Shown one piece after another: positions 49,311-59,729 of a DNA stretch of 64,000 bases. Each line of letters starts with the position of its first letter. Position 1 is the first letter of the stretch. The position numbers and the translations under genes were made by a program. The notes below the pieces were generated by a model that saw nothing but the letters and a program-made list of their open reading frames with translations, did no database searches and was not told the origin of the DNA. The stretch is from Candidatus Binatia bacterium (GTDB lineage Bacteria > Desulfobacterota > Binatia > UBA9968 > CAXXLF01), in the NCBI GenBank assembly GCA_963664015.2, contig CAXXLF010000001.1, positions 192,001-256,000 on the forward strand, read 5' to 3'.

Positions 49311-49634
49311 TCAATCAGGTTCCTTATCGTTGGACTGACGAATGCGCTTCACATCCTGGGGACTCTGCCGTTCGCTCATTCCCATGACCGAAAGAAGCTC
49401 ATTGGTCATTTCCGCCGTGACCTGATCCTGGACGCTGCCCTTCCCCTCCGGATCAGCCTTGAGAAACACCAAGATCTTGTCAGGGACCACACCGGTTTCT
49501 TCCAGTCCACTTAAGAACTCCCCATAACCCACTCGTCCGCGGAGTTCCTCCACTTTTTTTAGAAGCCTTTTACAATCCTTGCAGATTTTAGACCAAAGCC
49601 CCGCCGAGTCTTCACAGTAAATACAACGCGCCAT
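49311..49634 (-). CDS. hypothetical protein with N-terminal Zn-ribbon
   Basis: CIYC...CKDC. Confidence 0.65.
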   Translation of the reverse strand: MARCIYCEDSAGLWSKICKDCKRLLKKVEELRGRVGYGEFLSGLEETGVVPDKILVFLKADPEGKGSVQDQVTAEMTNELLSVMGMSERQSPQDVKRIRQSNDKEPD

Positions 49635-49645
49635 AGGGTGAGACC

Positions 49646-50473
49646 TTACCGAGCTCGATCGAGCTGGGGTGATATGAGCTGCTGAATCTCCGGAGCCAAA
49701 TTTTGATTGGCTGCTACCAAACCGTGAAATACCGGTTCCGATTGGTTGAACTGTAGACCCTTTCCAGCGCCATCAACGGCAACGCCGCCGGCTTCCTCCA
49801 CGATCAATACCCCGGCGCACACGTCCCATTCATGGATGGAATGAAAGGTAATCGCCCCATCCCCTTCCCCTGCGGCGACCAAGGCCAATCGATAGGCAAT
49901 GCTTCCTACCGGCTCTAACTGATATCGGTTTACGAAGGGAGTGAACTTGCGCCAAGGCTCCGAACGGCTGACCATGAGGCGAGCCCCTACGGGGTCCTTA
50001 CGGGTCGAAACGCTGATGGGAGCTTCGTTGAGTGTAGCGCCACCCCCACGTACGGCCGCAAAAAGCTTCTCCGTCGCCGGATTATAAACGACCCCTAACG
50101 CGGCACTCCCATCGACGACTAGACCAATGGAAACCGAGAATTGGGGAACGCACTGAATGAAATACTTGGTCCCGTCAATAGGGTCGATCATCCAGACGCG
50201 GGATTTCCCAAGTCTCTTGGAATCATCTTGATTCTCTTCTGAGAGCCAACCATCATTGGGAAAGCGGCCCAATAGGGTTTTTTGAATTTTAAGATTGGCT
50301 TCTAAATCCGCTGTGGTCACAGGCTGACCTTTGGACTTTTCCTCGATGTGGTATTCCTTACCATAGAAGGCCATGATAATACTCCCCGCTGCCCTGGCCG
50401 CCTCCAAGGCGACATTCAGGGATTCCGAGAGATGGTTATCACCCATTACTATTTTGCCCTCTGTAAACATCAA
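49646..50473 (-). CDS. inositol monophosphatase/CysQ family phosphatase
   Basis: VTTAD, LSEE, DPIDGT, HEWDVCAG. Confidence 0.9.
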   Translation of the reverse strand: MMFTEGKIVMGDNHLSESLNVALEAARAAGSIIMAFYGKEYHIEEKSKGQPVTTADLEANLKIQKTLLGRFPNDGWLSEENQDDSKRLGKSRVWMIDPIDGTKYFIQCVPQFSVSIGLVVDGSAALGVVYNPATEKLFAAVRGGGATLNEAPISVSTRKDPVGARLMVSRSEPWRKFTPFVNRYQLEPVGSIAYRLALVAAGEGDGAITFHSIHEWDVCAGVLIVEEAGGVAVDGAGKGLQFNQSEPVFHGLVAANQNLAPEIQQLISPQLDRAR

Positions 50474-50665
50474 ACATTGGAATTACTCGGCCTATGCAAA
50501 GTGGGTTTACACGATCCTCATTGGGAATACGCCCCAAATCCTTTAGACACTGTTTTGGGGATATTTTAGCTTTGAGATCATTGGGATCAACATCTTTCCT
50601 TCTAAACCCTGCTGTAGGACAAGAAGAACCGTCAGACCTAAATCCCTAATCGCCTTTTCCACCGT

Positions 50666-51253
50666 TCAGGAACCGTTCGGCAAGTCCGATTCCACCTCCG
50701 CGCCCGCTCGGAGCATCTCTTCAACGGCGCGATCTGCGTCCCCCGGCTTCAAATCGACTCCACGAACTGCATCTTTGATCAGAACGACCTTAAACCCCTG
50801 CTTCAAACCATCGAGAACCGTCGCCTTCACACAGTAGTCCGTTGCCAACCCGCCCACGAAGAGCCTGTCTACCCCTAGTGTCCGCAGAAGATCTCCAAGC
50901 AAGGTTCCGGTTTCGTCCCGAGCCTCAAAACCCGAGAACCCGTCCTCATCGGGAGCCGTGCCAGAAGAGACAATCCTCACTTCCGGGAACAACGCCAGAT
51001 CGGGAAGAAACTCGGCGCCTCGAGTTCCTTGAATACAATGGGGCGGCCAAACTCCCCCACTATTATTAAAATGACTGGTCTTTTCCGGGTGCCAATCACG
51101 GGTGGCAAAGACCGGCAGTTTGGCTGCTCGAAAACGTTCTATGTATCGGTTCAGGACCGGTACCACCTGATCCCCTGCCGGCACCGCCAAGGCTCCACCA
51201 CGGCAGAAATCCCTTTGCACGTCGATAAGTACCAGCGCATGTCCCTTCTGCAT
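50666..51253 (-). CDS. pncA: nicotinamidase/pyrazinamidase
   Basis: DVQRDF, RDWHP, WPPHC, GLATDYCV. Confidence 0.9.
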   Translation of the reverse strand: MQKGHALVLIDVQRDFCRGGALAVPAGDQVVPVLNRYIERFRAAKLPVFATRDWHPEKTSHFNNSGGVWPPHCIQGTRGAEFLPDLALFPEVRIVSSGTAPDEDGFSGFEARDETGTLLGDLLRTLGVDRLFVGGLATDYCVKATVLDGLKQGFKVVLIKDAVRGVDLKPGDADRAVEEMLRAGAEVESDLPNGS

Positions 51254-51320
51254 AGTTTAAGTATAACGAATCATGATAAGGTTGCAATTCACCCACCGTT
51301 ATGACAAATAGCTCTCCAAC

Positions 51321-52028
51321 ATGGCCTTGAAGGGGATTCTATTGGACGCAGCCGGGACTCTCTTTAAATCGGTTCGACCGATCGGAGAGAGCTACTCCTT
51401 GTTCGCTGAGCGCCACGGCAAAGAGGTCTCAAAGGAGCAGTTGGCCGGACGTTTCCGTCAATGTCACACCACGGCTCCCCCACTTGCCTTTCCAACGGCA
51501 CAGGGTGATGAACTCAAGAAAAGGGAGCGAAACTGGTGGCGGGAATTAGTGCGGGAGGTCTTCGAGCCCTACACCCCTTTCGAACGCTTTGACGCTTATT
51601 TTGCAGAGCTTTTTGACTATTTCAGCAAGCCGGAGGCCTGGTCCCTTTTCGATGACACGGCTGAGACCCTGCATTCCCTCAGACAACGCGGGTTGACCCT
51701 CTGCGTCATATCGAATTTCGACTCCCGTCTCTTCGGCATCCTCGAAGGGCTAGAAATCAGTTCGTATTTCAATTCTATCTTGATCTCGAGCCAGGTAGGT
51801 TACGCCAAGCCGGCAGCGGAGATATTCCATGAGGCCCTCAGTCGACACGGCCTCAAGCCCGATGAGGTCCTCCACGTTGGCGACAGCCCCGAGACCGACA
51901 TTGCTGGAGCAGCAAGTGCAGGATTGGAAGCGGTCCTACTGGACCCCAAATCCAGTGGCGCGCCAAGCACCGGATCTATTCAGCATCTCAAAGAGATCCT
52001 TTCGATCGTCGACCGGAGAAACCAGTAA
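51321..52028 (+). CDS. HAD-IA family hydrolase
   Basis: DAAGTL, ISNFD, KP..IF, HVGD. Confidence 0.9.
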   Translation: MALKGILLDAAGTLFKSVRPIGESYSLFAERHGKEVSKEQLAGRFRQCHTTAPPLAFPTAQGDELKKRERNWWRELVREVFEPYTPFERFDAYFAELFDYFSKPEAWSLFDDTAETLHSLRQRGLTLCVISNFDSRLFGILEGLEISSYFNSILISSQVGYAKPAAEIFHEALSRHGLKPDEVLHVGDSPETDIAGAASAGLEAVLLDPKSSGAPSTGSIQHLKEILSIVDRRNQ

Positions 52029-52139
52029 GAAAATCCAACCCATGGGGCCGACCACTCGTTTAGCCAGACGCCTGACAGGGCTTCCAACGAACACAGCACT
52101 CGAATCGAAACGTCGCTTCAAGAAGTACTTTTTTTCAGG

Positions 52140-52168
52140 TTGACAGCCTTTCTATTGCCGGATATCCT
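52140..52168 (+). promoter_or_regulatory. putative sigma70 promoter of metF
   Basis: TTGACA-17nt-TATCCT. Confidence 0.55.
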
Positions 52169-52191
52169 CTCGTAACCTTGTTTTTTCATCC

Positions 52192-53103
52192 ATGAAGATC
52201 CACGACCTATTCGTAAAAGATGAACCTGTCTTCTCTTTCGAGTTTTTTCCTCCCAAGGACGATGGGGGAGTCGATGCACTCTTTCATACCATTGAAACCT
52301 TGAGGGGACTGAACCCGAGCTTTGTGTCGATTACCTACGGCGCCGGAGGAAGCACGCGCCGCACAACCGTCGAGATTACCAAACGCATCAAGCAAGAGAT
52401 CGGAATCGAGGCTATGGCACACCTCACCTGTGTGGGTCATAGCCGGGCAGAGATCCTACAGATTCTGGACGAATTGGAGCGTTCGGAAATCGAGAACATC
52501 ATGACCCTGAGAGGGGACCCGCCCAAGGGGGAGAGTAACTTTGTTCCACACCCGGACGGGTTCCAACATGCCAATGAACTGGTCAGCTTCATCCAATCCC
52601 GCAAGAGCTTTTGTCTGGGGGCGGCCGGGTACCCAGAGGTTCATCCTGAGGCCTCAAGCAAGGAGACGGATCTCGCTAATCTCAAACGAAAGGTTGAGGC
52701 GGGAGGGCAATTCATAATCACCCAACTCTTCTTCGACAACAGCCGCTATTTTGACTTTGTCTTACGGGCACGGGATGCCGGGATTCACGTTCCCATCATT
52801 CCAGGAATCATGCCCATCTCCAATGTAACCCAAATCAAACGGTTCAGCCAAATGTGCGGGGCTACCATTCCCCCTGAACTGATGACAGATCTGGAAAAGG
52901 TGGAGGGAAACGGCGAAGCGGTTACCCGGATGGGTATCCGGTACGCGACCACCCAGTGTGAGGAGCTTCTAACAGGCGGCGCACCGGGGATTCACTTTTA
53001 TACGTTAAACAAATCCCTTGCGACCCAGACGATACTGTCTGAACTCAAATCCCGACTGGGTAACCCAGAGCTTGCCGTGGGGAAGAGAAACAACCCGAAT
53101 TAG
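52192..53103 (+). CDS. metF: 5,10-methylenetetrahydrofolate reductase
   Basis: SFEFFPPK, TYGAGGS, AHLTC, LRGDPP, TQLFFD, HFYTLN. Confidence 0.97.
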   Translation: MKIHDLFVKDEPVFSFEFFPPKDDGGVDALFHTIETLRGLNPSFVSITYGAGGSTRRTTVEITKRIKQEIGIEAMAHLTCVGHSRAEILQILDELERSEIENIMTLRGDPPKGESNFVPHPDGFQHANELVSFIQSRKSFCLGAAGYPEVHPEASSKETDLANLKRKVEAGGQFIITQLFFDNSRYFDFVLRARDAGIHVPIIPGIMPISNVTQIKRFSQMCGATIPPELMTDLEKVEGNGEAVTRMGIRYATTQCEELLTGGAPGIHFYTLNKSLATQTILSELKSRLGNPELAVGKRNNPN

Positions 53104-53153
53104 CACCCTGGCCTGGGACGGCCACAGCTGATGAATCGCCCCTCTTCAACAGG

Positions 53154-54641
53154 CTAACCGAGAATGACATCCTTCCACTTATCAAAAACCTGCTTCTTGA
53201 GCTCCGGAGTCGATTCAGCCACCGGAGGGAAATCCTTGATCCACTCAAAGGGACGACAAGCATCGATAATCGCGCGGGAGTTGAACCCCTTCTTCCCAGG
53301 CTGGATACGTGGATCCAAGGGTCCACTCCAGCAACGCCTGAGTATGTCGATGGACTCGACGGGATCCGATCGGCTAGAGATCGCCCACAGCACATCGAAG
53401 GTGTTGGTCGGATCGATATCGTCATCAACCACAATAACGTATCGACCCAGGTAGGCCCCGGCGTGAACCTGAGAGGCCACCAGCGCCGCCTGGCGCGCGT
53501 GGCCCGGGTAGCGTTGTTTAATGGAAATAATGTTTAATAGTCTGCCACCACCGGCCTCGTGACACCAAACCCCTCGGACATCAGGCACCCCTGCCCTTTC
53601 CACCTGATCCCAGATCAATGCGGATTTGACAAAACACTTGGCTAAAGAATAGTCCGAAGGAGGCCGGCCCGGACGGGCGCAACAGAGGATCGGATTGTTT
53701 CGATGGTAGATATTCTCCACTCGGACCACAGGCTCAGGTCGAGTTGAGCTGGCATAGTAGCCTGTCCACTCGCCGAAAGGACCCTCGGACTTGACATCGC
53801 CGGGATGCATAAAGCCCTCGATCACAATTTCTGCGTCTGCCGGTAGAGGCAACCCGGTCGCCTTTCCGTGAACAACCTGGACGGGTTTTCCCTTCAAACC
53901 CCCTGCATAATCGAACTCGGAAATTCCGTAATCCACTTCGTTGCCAGATACCATGAACAGGACCGGATCCTGACCGACGCAGATAATAACAGGACACGGC
54001 TTACCCTGATCGAACCACTTCTGACGTTGAACCTGACCATGTTTTCCGGGCGAGATATAAAGCGCCATACTCTTCTCGTCATGAACCATCCCGCGATAGG
54101 TTCCGAAGTTGACCCACCCCTCCTCCGGATCTTTGGTAATGACCAGACAGGCCGTTCCCAGATAACGTCCACCGTCCAATTCGTGCATGAATGGAACGGG
54201 GAACTTCAACAAGTTGATGTCGTTGCCGGAAAGAATATTTTCTAAAACCGGTCCTTCCTTAACGACCTCATGCGGAATAGGCTTATGACCGGAAAGCTTC
54301 TGACGAAATGCCCGGACTAGATCCAACCCCGTCAAATCCATGGGCAACCCTAGGTTCAGCGCCATTCTCTTGAACGACGCGTTCTGAGCAAAGAGGACAC
54401 GAAAGCCTGCGGGATACCCCTTGATTTTATCGAACAGTACCGCGGGGACCGACCCCTTGCTCTCGCGGGCAATAAGCTCGGAGAGAGTTCCCATCTCCAG
54501 ATTCCAATCCACATTGTCGATCTTCTTGAGTTCGCCCATGCTATCTACAATTGCGAGCCAATCACGGAGATCACCATAAGTCGGTGTTTTACCGGTCCCC
54601 GTCTCCTTGACCGTTTCTTTCGTCGCCTCTAGTGCAGCCAT
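53154..54641 (-). CDS. UbiD family (prFMN-dependent) decarboxylase
   Basis: DGGRY, NFGTYR, EIVIEG, EGPFGEWTGYY, VVDDDID. Confidence 0.92.
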   Translation of the reverse strand: MAALEATKETVKETGTGKTPTYGDLRDWLAIVDSMGELKKIDNVDWNLEMGTLSELIARESKGSVPAVLFDKIKGYPAGFRVLFAQNASFKRMALNLGLPMDLTGLDLVRAFRQKLSGHKPIPHEVVKEGPVLENILSGNDINLLKFPVPFMHELDGGRYLGTACLVITKDPEEGWVNFGTYRGMVHDEKSMALYISPGKHGQVQRQKWFDQGKPCPVIICVGQDPVLFMVSGNEVDYGISEFDYAGGLKGKPVQVVHGKATGLPLPADAEIVIEGFMHPGDVKSEGPFGEWTGYYASSTRPEPVVRVENIYHRNNPILCCARPGRPPSDYSLAKCFVKSALIWDQVERAGVPDVRGVWCHEAGGGRLLNIISIKQRYPGHARQAALVASQVHAGAYLGRYVIVVDDDIDPTNTFDVLWAISSRSDPVESIDILRRCWSGPLDPRIQPGKKGFNSRAIIDACRPFEWIKDFPPVAESTPELKKQVFDKWKDVILG

Positions 54642-54679
54642 AAAGAATCTCCTGTCTAACTGGTTACTTGTCCAATCGT

Positions 54680-54792
54680 TATTCGTATACTCGGCATTCG
54701 CTATGGTTTTTGGTTAAAGTATCTTCGTTATCGTAACATTGTACCCGGAATAGCTCAGCGAGGGAATATACCGTTATACGAATATATGAATA
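54680..54792. promoter_or_regulatory. candidate operator repeats upstream of ubiD
   Basis: TATTCGTATA (54680) and inverted copies TATACGAATA (54775) / TATATGAATA (54783). Confidence 0.35.
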
Positions 54793-54798
54793 ACTACT

Positions 54799-55947
54799 TT
54801 AGGCCCCCAATGCCGAATCATCCATCCCTTCGGTATCCTCGGCAGGGAGACCGTTGCAACTCTGCGTGTCCAGGTGGAGAAACACCTTCTCTCCAGTGGT
54901 CATTTCCAGAAATGGATGGGTATGGACCCTTATTAGAAAATCATTGACGTCCACCTGACAGTGGTAGGCATCCCCCATAAAGATCGCTTCGCGTACGGTT
55001 CCCTCAACCACGTTATCCAGGTCGTCGGGTTTTTTCTTGTGAACCTCGATATGTTCGGGACGAATGGACAACACGGCGGACTGGCCGCGGACAAGACTGG
55101 GGGCAGGGACAAAAGAGAAGGTCCCTTTTTGAGTCTCTATTCTCCCCCGCTGGTTAATGCCGTCCAGCTCAATCACCTGTCCTTCAATCAAATTGGTCAG
55201 TCCCAGAAAGGTCGCAGTAAATTTTCGTTCCGGCCGGGAATAGAGTTGGTGCGGTGATCCCACCTCAATGAGCTTCCCCCCGTGCATAACGGCGATCTGG
55301 TCCGAGATGGCCAGGGCCTCCGCCTGATCGTGGGTCACGTATATCGTCGTGATATTGACCCGCCGCTGCAGGGCTTTGATCTCAAACCGCATCTGCTCCC
55401 TGAGCTTGGCATCCAGGTTACTAAGCGGCTCGTCCAGAAGCATAACCTTGGGTTCGTTGACTAGGGCTCGCGCAAAGGCCACCCTCTGCTGCTGTCCCCC
55501 GGAGAGCTTAGGGGCCGGCCGCTCCTCAAGTCCATGAAGCCCCACAACCCGTAATACATCCTCCACCCGCTTTCTGATTTCGGCTTTGGGCCGGTGCTGA
55601 ATGGTCAACGGGTAGGCCACATTTTGAAATACGGTCATGTGAGGCCAGATGGCATAGGACTGAAAAACCATTCCGATGGGACGGCGGTTCGGTGGGATAT
55701 AGGTCCAGTCTGCCGAATCGTAGACCTTTATTCCCCCGATACTGATCGATCCGATATCCGGTCGCTCGAGGCCGGCAACGCACCTCAGCGTGGTTGTCTT
55801 CCCGCAACCGCTGGGGCCCAGCAACGTGTATAGGGAACCTTCAGGTATCTCTAGAGACACACCCTTAAGAACATGGACCCTTTCCCTATCCTCACCAAAG
55901 TACTTCTCTAACCCGCTGATTTCAACCATGATTCGATAGTCCGCCAT
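54799..55947 (-). CDS. ABC transporter ATP-binding protein (PotA/FbpC-like, TOBE domain)
   Basis: GPSGCGKTT, LSGGQQQR, LLDEP, VTHD. Confidence 0.92.
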   Translation of the reverse strand: MADYRIMVEISGLEKYFGEDRERVHVLKGVSLEIPEGSLYTLLGPSGCGKTTTLRCVAGLERPDIGSISIGGIKVYDSADWTYIPPNRRPIGMVFQSYAIWPHMTVFQNVAYPLTIQHRPKAEIRKRVEDVLRVVGLHGLEERPAPKLSGGQQQRVAFARALVNEPKVMLLDEPLSNLDAKLREQMRFEIKALQRRVNITTIYVTHDQAEALAISDQIAVMHGGKLIEVGSPHQLYSRPERKFTATFLGLTNLIEGQVIELDGINQRGRIETQKGTFSFVPAPSLVRGQSAVLSIRPEHIEVHKKKPDDLDNVVEGTVREAIFMGDAYHCQVDVNDFLIRVHTHPFLEMTTGEKVFLHLDTQSCNGLPAEDTEGMDDSALGA

Positions 55948-56300
55948 ACACCCCCCTGAACAGCCATTTTAAACTGTAACCCAATCGATTTGCCCTTTAG
56001 ACCTGCGCTACGAGAGCATAGTCCGGCTACCGGCTATCCTATCTTTTCACAGGTTGTTCTAGCATTTCAAGTACAATATGCAAATCCTCAAGACGCGGTT
56101 TGGGGAACCTCACTTACCGCCCTCAGCCCGGCACCGCAAGCCCCGTGCGTTACGTAAAGATTCATGCTATTAAAAATTATTCCAGCGGCACGCGTTTCAG
56201 CAAAACTCACCCAAGCACGCGGGTGAAGTGCCGTTGCCCTTCATCTTTGTTGGGGCCTTGGACGTGGGAGCAATCACCGGGTAAAATAACAGGAAGAGTC

Positions 56301-57677
56301 ATGAACGCAGATCTAGTCATCAAAGGTGGTTGGGTGGTCACCTCGGAAAAGACCTTCAAGGGAGGGGTTGCCATCTCTGACGAAAAGTTCGTCTCTATCG
56401 GACCCGATGACACCTTGCCCACGGGCAGGGAAGAGATCGACGCCAAGGGCAATCATATCCTGCCCGGCATTATCGACGGCCACGTTCATTTCAGGGAGCC
56501 GGGCCTCACCTATAAAGAGGACTTCCGAACGGGCTCAACCGCCGCTATAGCCGGCGGCGTCGTTCTGGTAGTCGACATGCCAAACACCATTCCTCCCGTC
56601 ACGGGCCCGGAGCAGATCTTAGAAAAACAGCGTCTTGCAGAGGCGAAATCCCTGATTGACTTTGGTCTACTAGGAGTATTGGTTCAAACCAATATAGATC
56701 AAATCCAACTCATGGCCAGGGCCGGCGCCTTGGGGTTCAAGATCTTTTTGGGAGAAACCACAGGGAACCTCCCCTGCCCTGATGATGGGCTTTGTACGGA
56801 AGTATTCCCAACCGTGACCGCATCCAAGCTCCCGCTCTGCGTCCATGCGGAGAGTCGCGAGATCATGGACCACTACGTAAAAAGGTTGAAGGCCGAAGGC
56901 AAGCATGGCCCCGTTATCTGGGAGTCCTCACGCCCGGCAATTTGTGAGGCCGAGGCCGTTTCTCACGCCCTTTTCTTTGCCGAGTCCTATGGGACGAAAC
57001 TCCACATACTGCATATGAGTTCCAAGCAGGCGACCGGCATTGTGCGTGAAGCGAAGGCACGCGGGGTGAGAATCACCGCCGAGACCTCTCCGCACCACCT
57101 CCTCAGGGATTCCAAGGAAATGGAGCGATTCGGTTCTTTGCTCAAGATCAATCCACCGGTCCGGAGTCAGGATCACGGGGAAGCCCTTTGGAATGGACTT
57201 CTCAACGGCACGGTCGATATGATCGCTACCGACCATTCTCCGCACACCCTGGAAGAAAAGGGTTCGGATCCATATGGAAAGCTGCTCAAACCGACCATCT
57301 GGGAATGCATGTCGGGGTTCTGCGGAGTTGAAACAGGCCCCTCACTCATATTGACCGAGGTCAACAAAGGGAGAATGTCCATCAACCAATACGTTAAACT
57401 GACCTCGGAAAATCCGGCAAAGATATGGCAGATCTACCCACAGAAAGGGGCCATGCGGCTAGGATCCGACGGTGATGTTACGGTTGTCGATATGGATAAA
57501 GAATCGACTATTGATATCAATAAACTCCATAGTAAGAACAAGCCCTCTCCCTGGCATGGCTGGAAAGTTAAAGGGATTCCTGTAACCACGGTCGTTCGTG
57601 GCCATATCCAGATGCGCGAGGGTGAGATCGTCGGGAAGTCTATCGGGAAAATGGTCCGACCCAAACCCAGCAGTTAA
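56301..57677 (+). CDS. dihydroorotase/allantoinase family cyclic amidohydrolase
   Basis: DGHVHFREPG, DMPNT, HAE, KINPP, TDHSPH. Confidence 0.85.
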   Translation: MNADLVIKGGWVVTSEKTFKGGVAISDEKFVSIGPDDTLPTGREEIDAKGNHILPGIIDGHVHFREPGLTYKEDFRTGSTAAIAGGVVLVVDMPNTIPPVTGPEQILEKQRLAEAKSLIDFGLLGVLVQTNIDQIQLMARAGALGFKIFLGETTGNLPCPDDGLCTEVFPTVTASKLPLCVHAESREIMDHYVKRLKAEGKHGPVIWESSRPAICEAEAVSHALFFAESYGTKLHILHMSSKQATGIVREAKARGVRITAETSPHHLLRDSKEMERFGSLLKINPPVRSQDHGEALWNGLLNGTVDMIATDHSPHTLEEKGSDPYGKLLKPTIWECMSGFCGVETGPSLILTEVNKGRMSINQYVKLTSENPAKIWQIYPQKGAMRLGSDGDVTVVDMDKESTIDINKLHSKNKPSPWHGWKVKGIPVTTVVRGHIQMREGEIVGKSIGKMVRPKPSS

Positions 57678-57752
57678 CCGAATTTCAAAAGACACCCAAA
57701 AAGGATCAATTCATAACGAAGCCCATCTTCTTCCCATGGGAAAGGACGGAAT

Positions 57753-58896
57753 ATGAAGATTCCGTGCGCAATCTATCGAGGGGGAAGGAGCAAGCCGGTC
57801 TTTTTCCAGGAAAAAGACCTTCCTAGCGACCCCAAATTGAGGGACCGTACAAATCTTACGGCCTTCGGTAGCCCCGATTCACGTCAAATCGACGGACTGG
57901 GAGGTGCCGACCCCCTCACCAGTAAGGTGGCCTATATTGCACCCGCAACGGATTCGGGTGCCGATATCAATTACACCTTCGGGTACGTCGGTATTACAGC
58001 ACCGGTAATTGATTACGCTGGTAATTGCGGCAATAGTTCAGCGGCGGTGGGGCCCTTTGCCTTGCTCAGAGGGCTCATCGAACCTAAGGAGCCCGTTACC
58101 AAAATAAGAATCTTCAACACCAATACAAAGAAGATTATTGTTGCCGAGTTCGCAGTTAAAGACGGGGCCTTCCAGAGTGAAGGGGACTTCAAAGTGGACG
58201 GGGTCCCCGGCTCAGGCTCTAAGATTCTGCTCGATTTTTTGGATTCGGGCGGCTCGGTCACTGGAAAGTTACTCCCGACGGGCAAGGTCAAAGAAGTGAT
58301 AAAAACACCCACCCTTGACACCCTCACGGTTTCATTAGTAGACGCGGCCAATCCCTTTATCTTCGTCAAGGCAAAGGACCTTGGGCTTCGAGGCAACGAG
58401 ACTCTGGAGCAGGTTGCGGGTGATACCGCCTTGCTCAATCAGTGCGAAGAGATTCGATCGATTGCAGCAGAAATGATGGGGATCGCTAAGGTGGCAGAGG
58501 CCACCCGTCTGAGCCCCGGGGTACCCAGATCGCCCTGGTCTCACCCCCAACGAGCTACAAGACAGCGGACGGACAGGTGGAGAGTGGAGCTGTGAATATT
58601 GTCGCTAGGATGACCGCCCTGCAAAAACTCCATAAGACATTTGCCGTCACCGGGGCCGTATGTCTCGGCACCGCCGCTATGATCGAAGGGACCGTCGTGA
58701 ATGAAGTCTTCGAGGGCTCGCGCTCTGAAAACGCGACGTCAGTCCGGATCGGTCACCCATCAGGCACCCTCAGGTTGAAATTGAATTGGCTCAAGGAAAT
58801 GGCCGCCTGGCACTGGCCAAGGCCGCTCTGGCGCGGATAGCACGCCTGCTCGTGGATGGATCTGTTCAAGTACCTGACAAGGTGCTGGCCCGGTGA
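57753..58896 (+). pseudogene. PrpF/AcnD-accessory (aconitate isomerase) family, two frameshifts
   Basis: RGG(R)SK, QIDGLGG, TSKVA, NCGN, VDAANP, GHPSG; frame changes near 58527 and 58770. Confidence 0.85.
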
Positions 58897-59025
58897 TATT
58901 CAAGTTGGGGAGTCTGGTCTCCGTCATAGTCCTCCCAGAGGCCCCAGGAAACCGTGACGGGGATTTGGGTGCACTTCCCGGTGAGACTACGCGATGAATC
59001 CTTCTGGCGCAGTCTCAGTCCCGAA

Positions 59026-59325
59026 TTACTTCACATTGGCTTCGAAAGAGTACTTTTGAACCGTTTTATTCTTGTTGAAGATGAGGTAGAGGTCCCTATC
59101 GACCCAACCCTCTTTCGCGGTTACGCCACGAAAAGTATAACGCCAAGTCTCAAACCCACTGTCCGCCCCGGTTCGAATGGGGGTCCCAAACTTCGCTTTA
59201 ATCTGGTCCTTGGTCGTTACGTTCGGTTCTATCGTCTCCACCAAATCAGCTGGAATGGTACTGCGATACATGGAACACCCAGCCAACAAAACTGCAGCTA
59301 ACAAGATGAGGATTAGATTACGCAT
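59026..59325 (-). CDS. SmpA/BamE-like lipoprotein
   Basis: lipobox LAGC, TTKDQI..FGTP, W.Y. Confidence 0.7.
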   Translation of the reverse strand: MRNLILILLAAVLLAGCSMYRSTIPADLVETIEPNVTTKDQIKAKFGTPIRTGADSGFETWRYTFRGVTAKEGWVDRDLYLIFNKNKTVQKYSFEANVK

Positions 59326-59435
59326 ACCTTCCTTCTATTCTGTCTTCCATTTCGACCGCTGCCGGACCACACCTAGCACCTGATGGCTCGATATCTCTTG
59401 GGCACAGACGGAGACTGTTTCCAGCGCAATTCCAA

Positions 59436-59729
59436 TCATTTAGAGCTGAACGCGTAATTCCGCACAGTCCCATCGGTATTGAAGAGGATGCGGAGCTGTT
59501 TTCCTCCCCCAGCCTGGCCCAATACATAGCGATAATAGGACCATGTTTCAAACCCTGTGTCAAGGCCCTTCTCTGCAGGCTCGCCAAAGGTCGCAAAGAT
59601 TTGCCCCTTCGTGGTGACATTGGGTCGGATCTCGTTGATGGTAGCGGTTGGGAACTCCCGGCCTGCGCAACCGCCAAGGATAAGACAGAAGGCGATTACA
59701 TAGGCCGTAGCCTTAGCCATATTTTTCAT
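59436..59729 (-). CDS. SmpA/BamE-like lipoprotein (paralog)
   Basis: lipobox LGGC, TTKGQI..FGEP, GFETWSY; ATGA overlap with recR. Confidence 0.7.
   Translation of the reverse strand: MKNMAKATAYVIAFCLILGGCAGREFPTATINEIRPNVTTKGQIFATFGEPAEKGLDTGFETWSYYRYVLGQAGGGKQLRILFNTDGTVRNYAFSSK

Noticed and set aside
52029-52191. SAM riboswitch upstream of metF
   Set aside because: no SAM-I/II/SAH core recognisable, and the predicted promoter leaves only a very short leader
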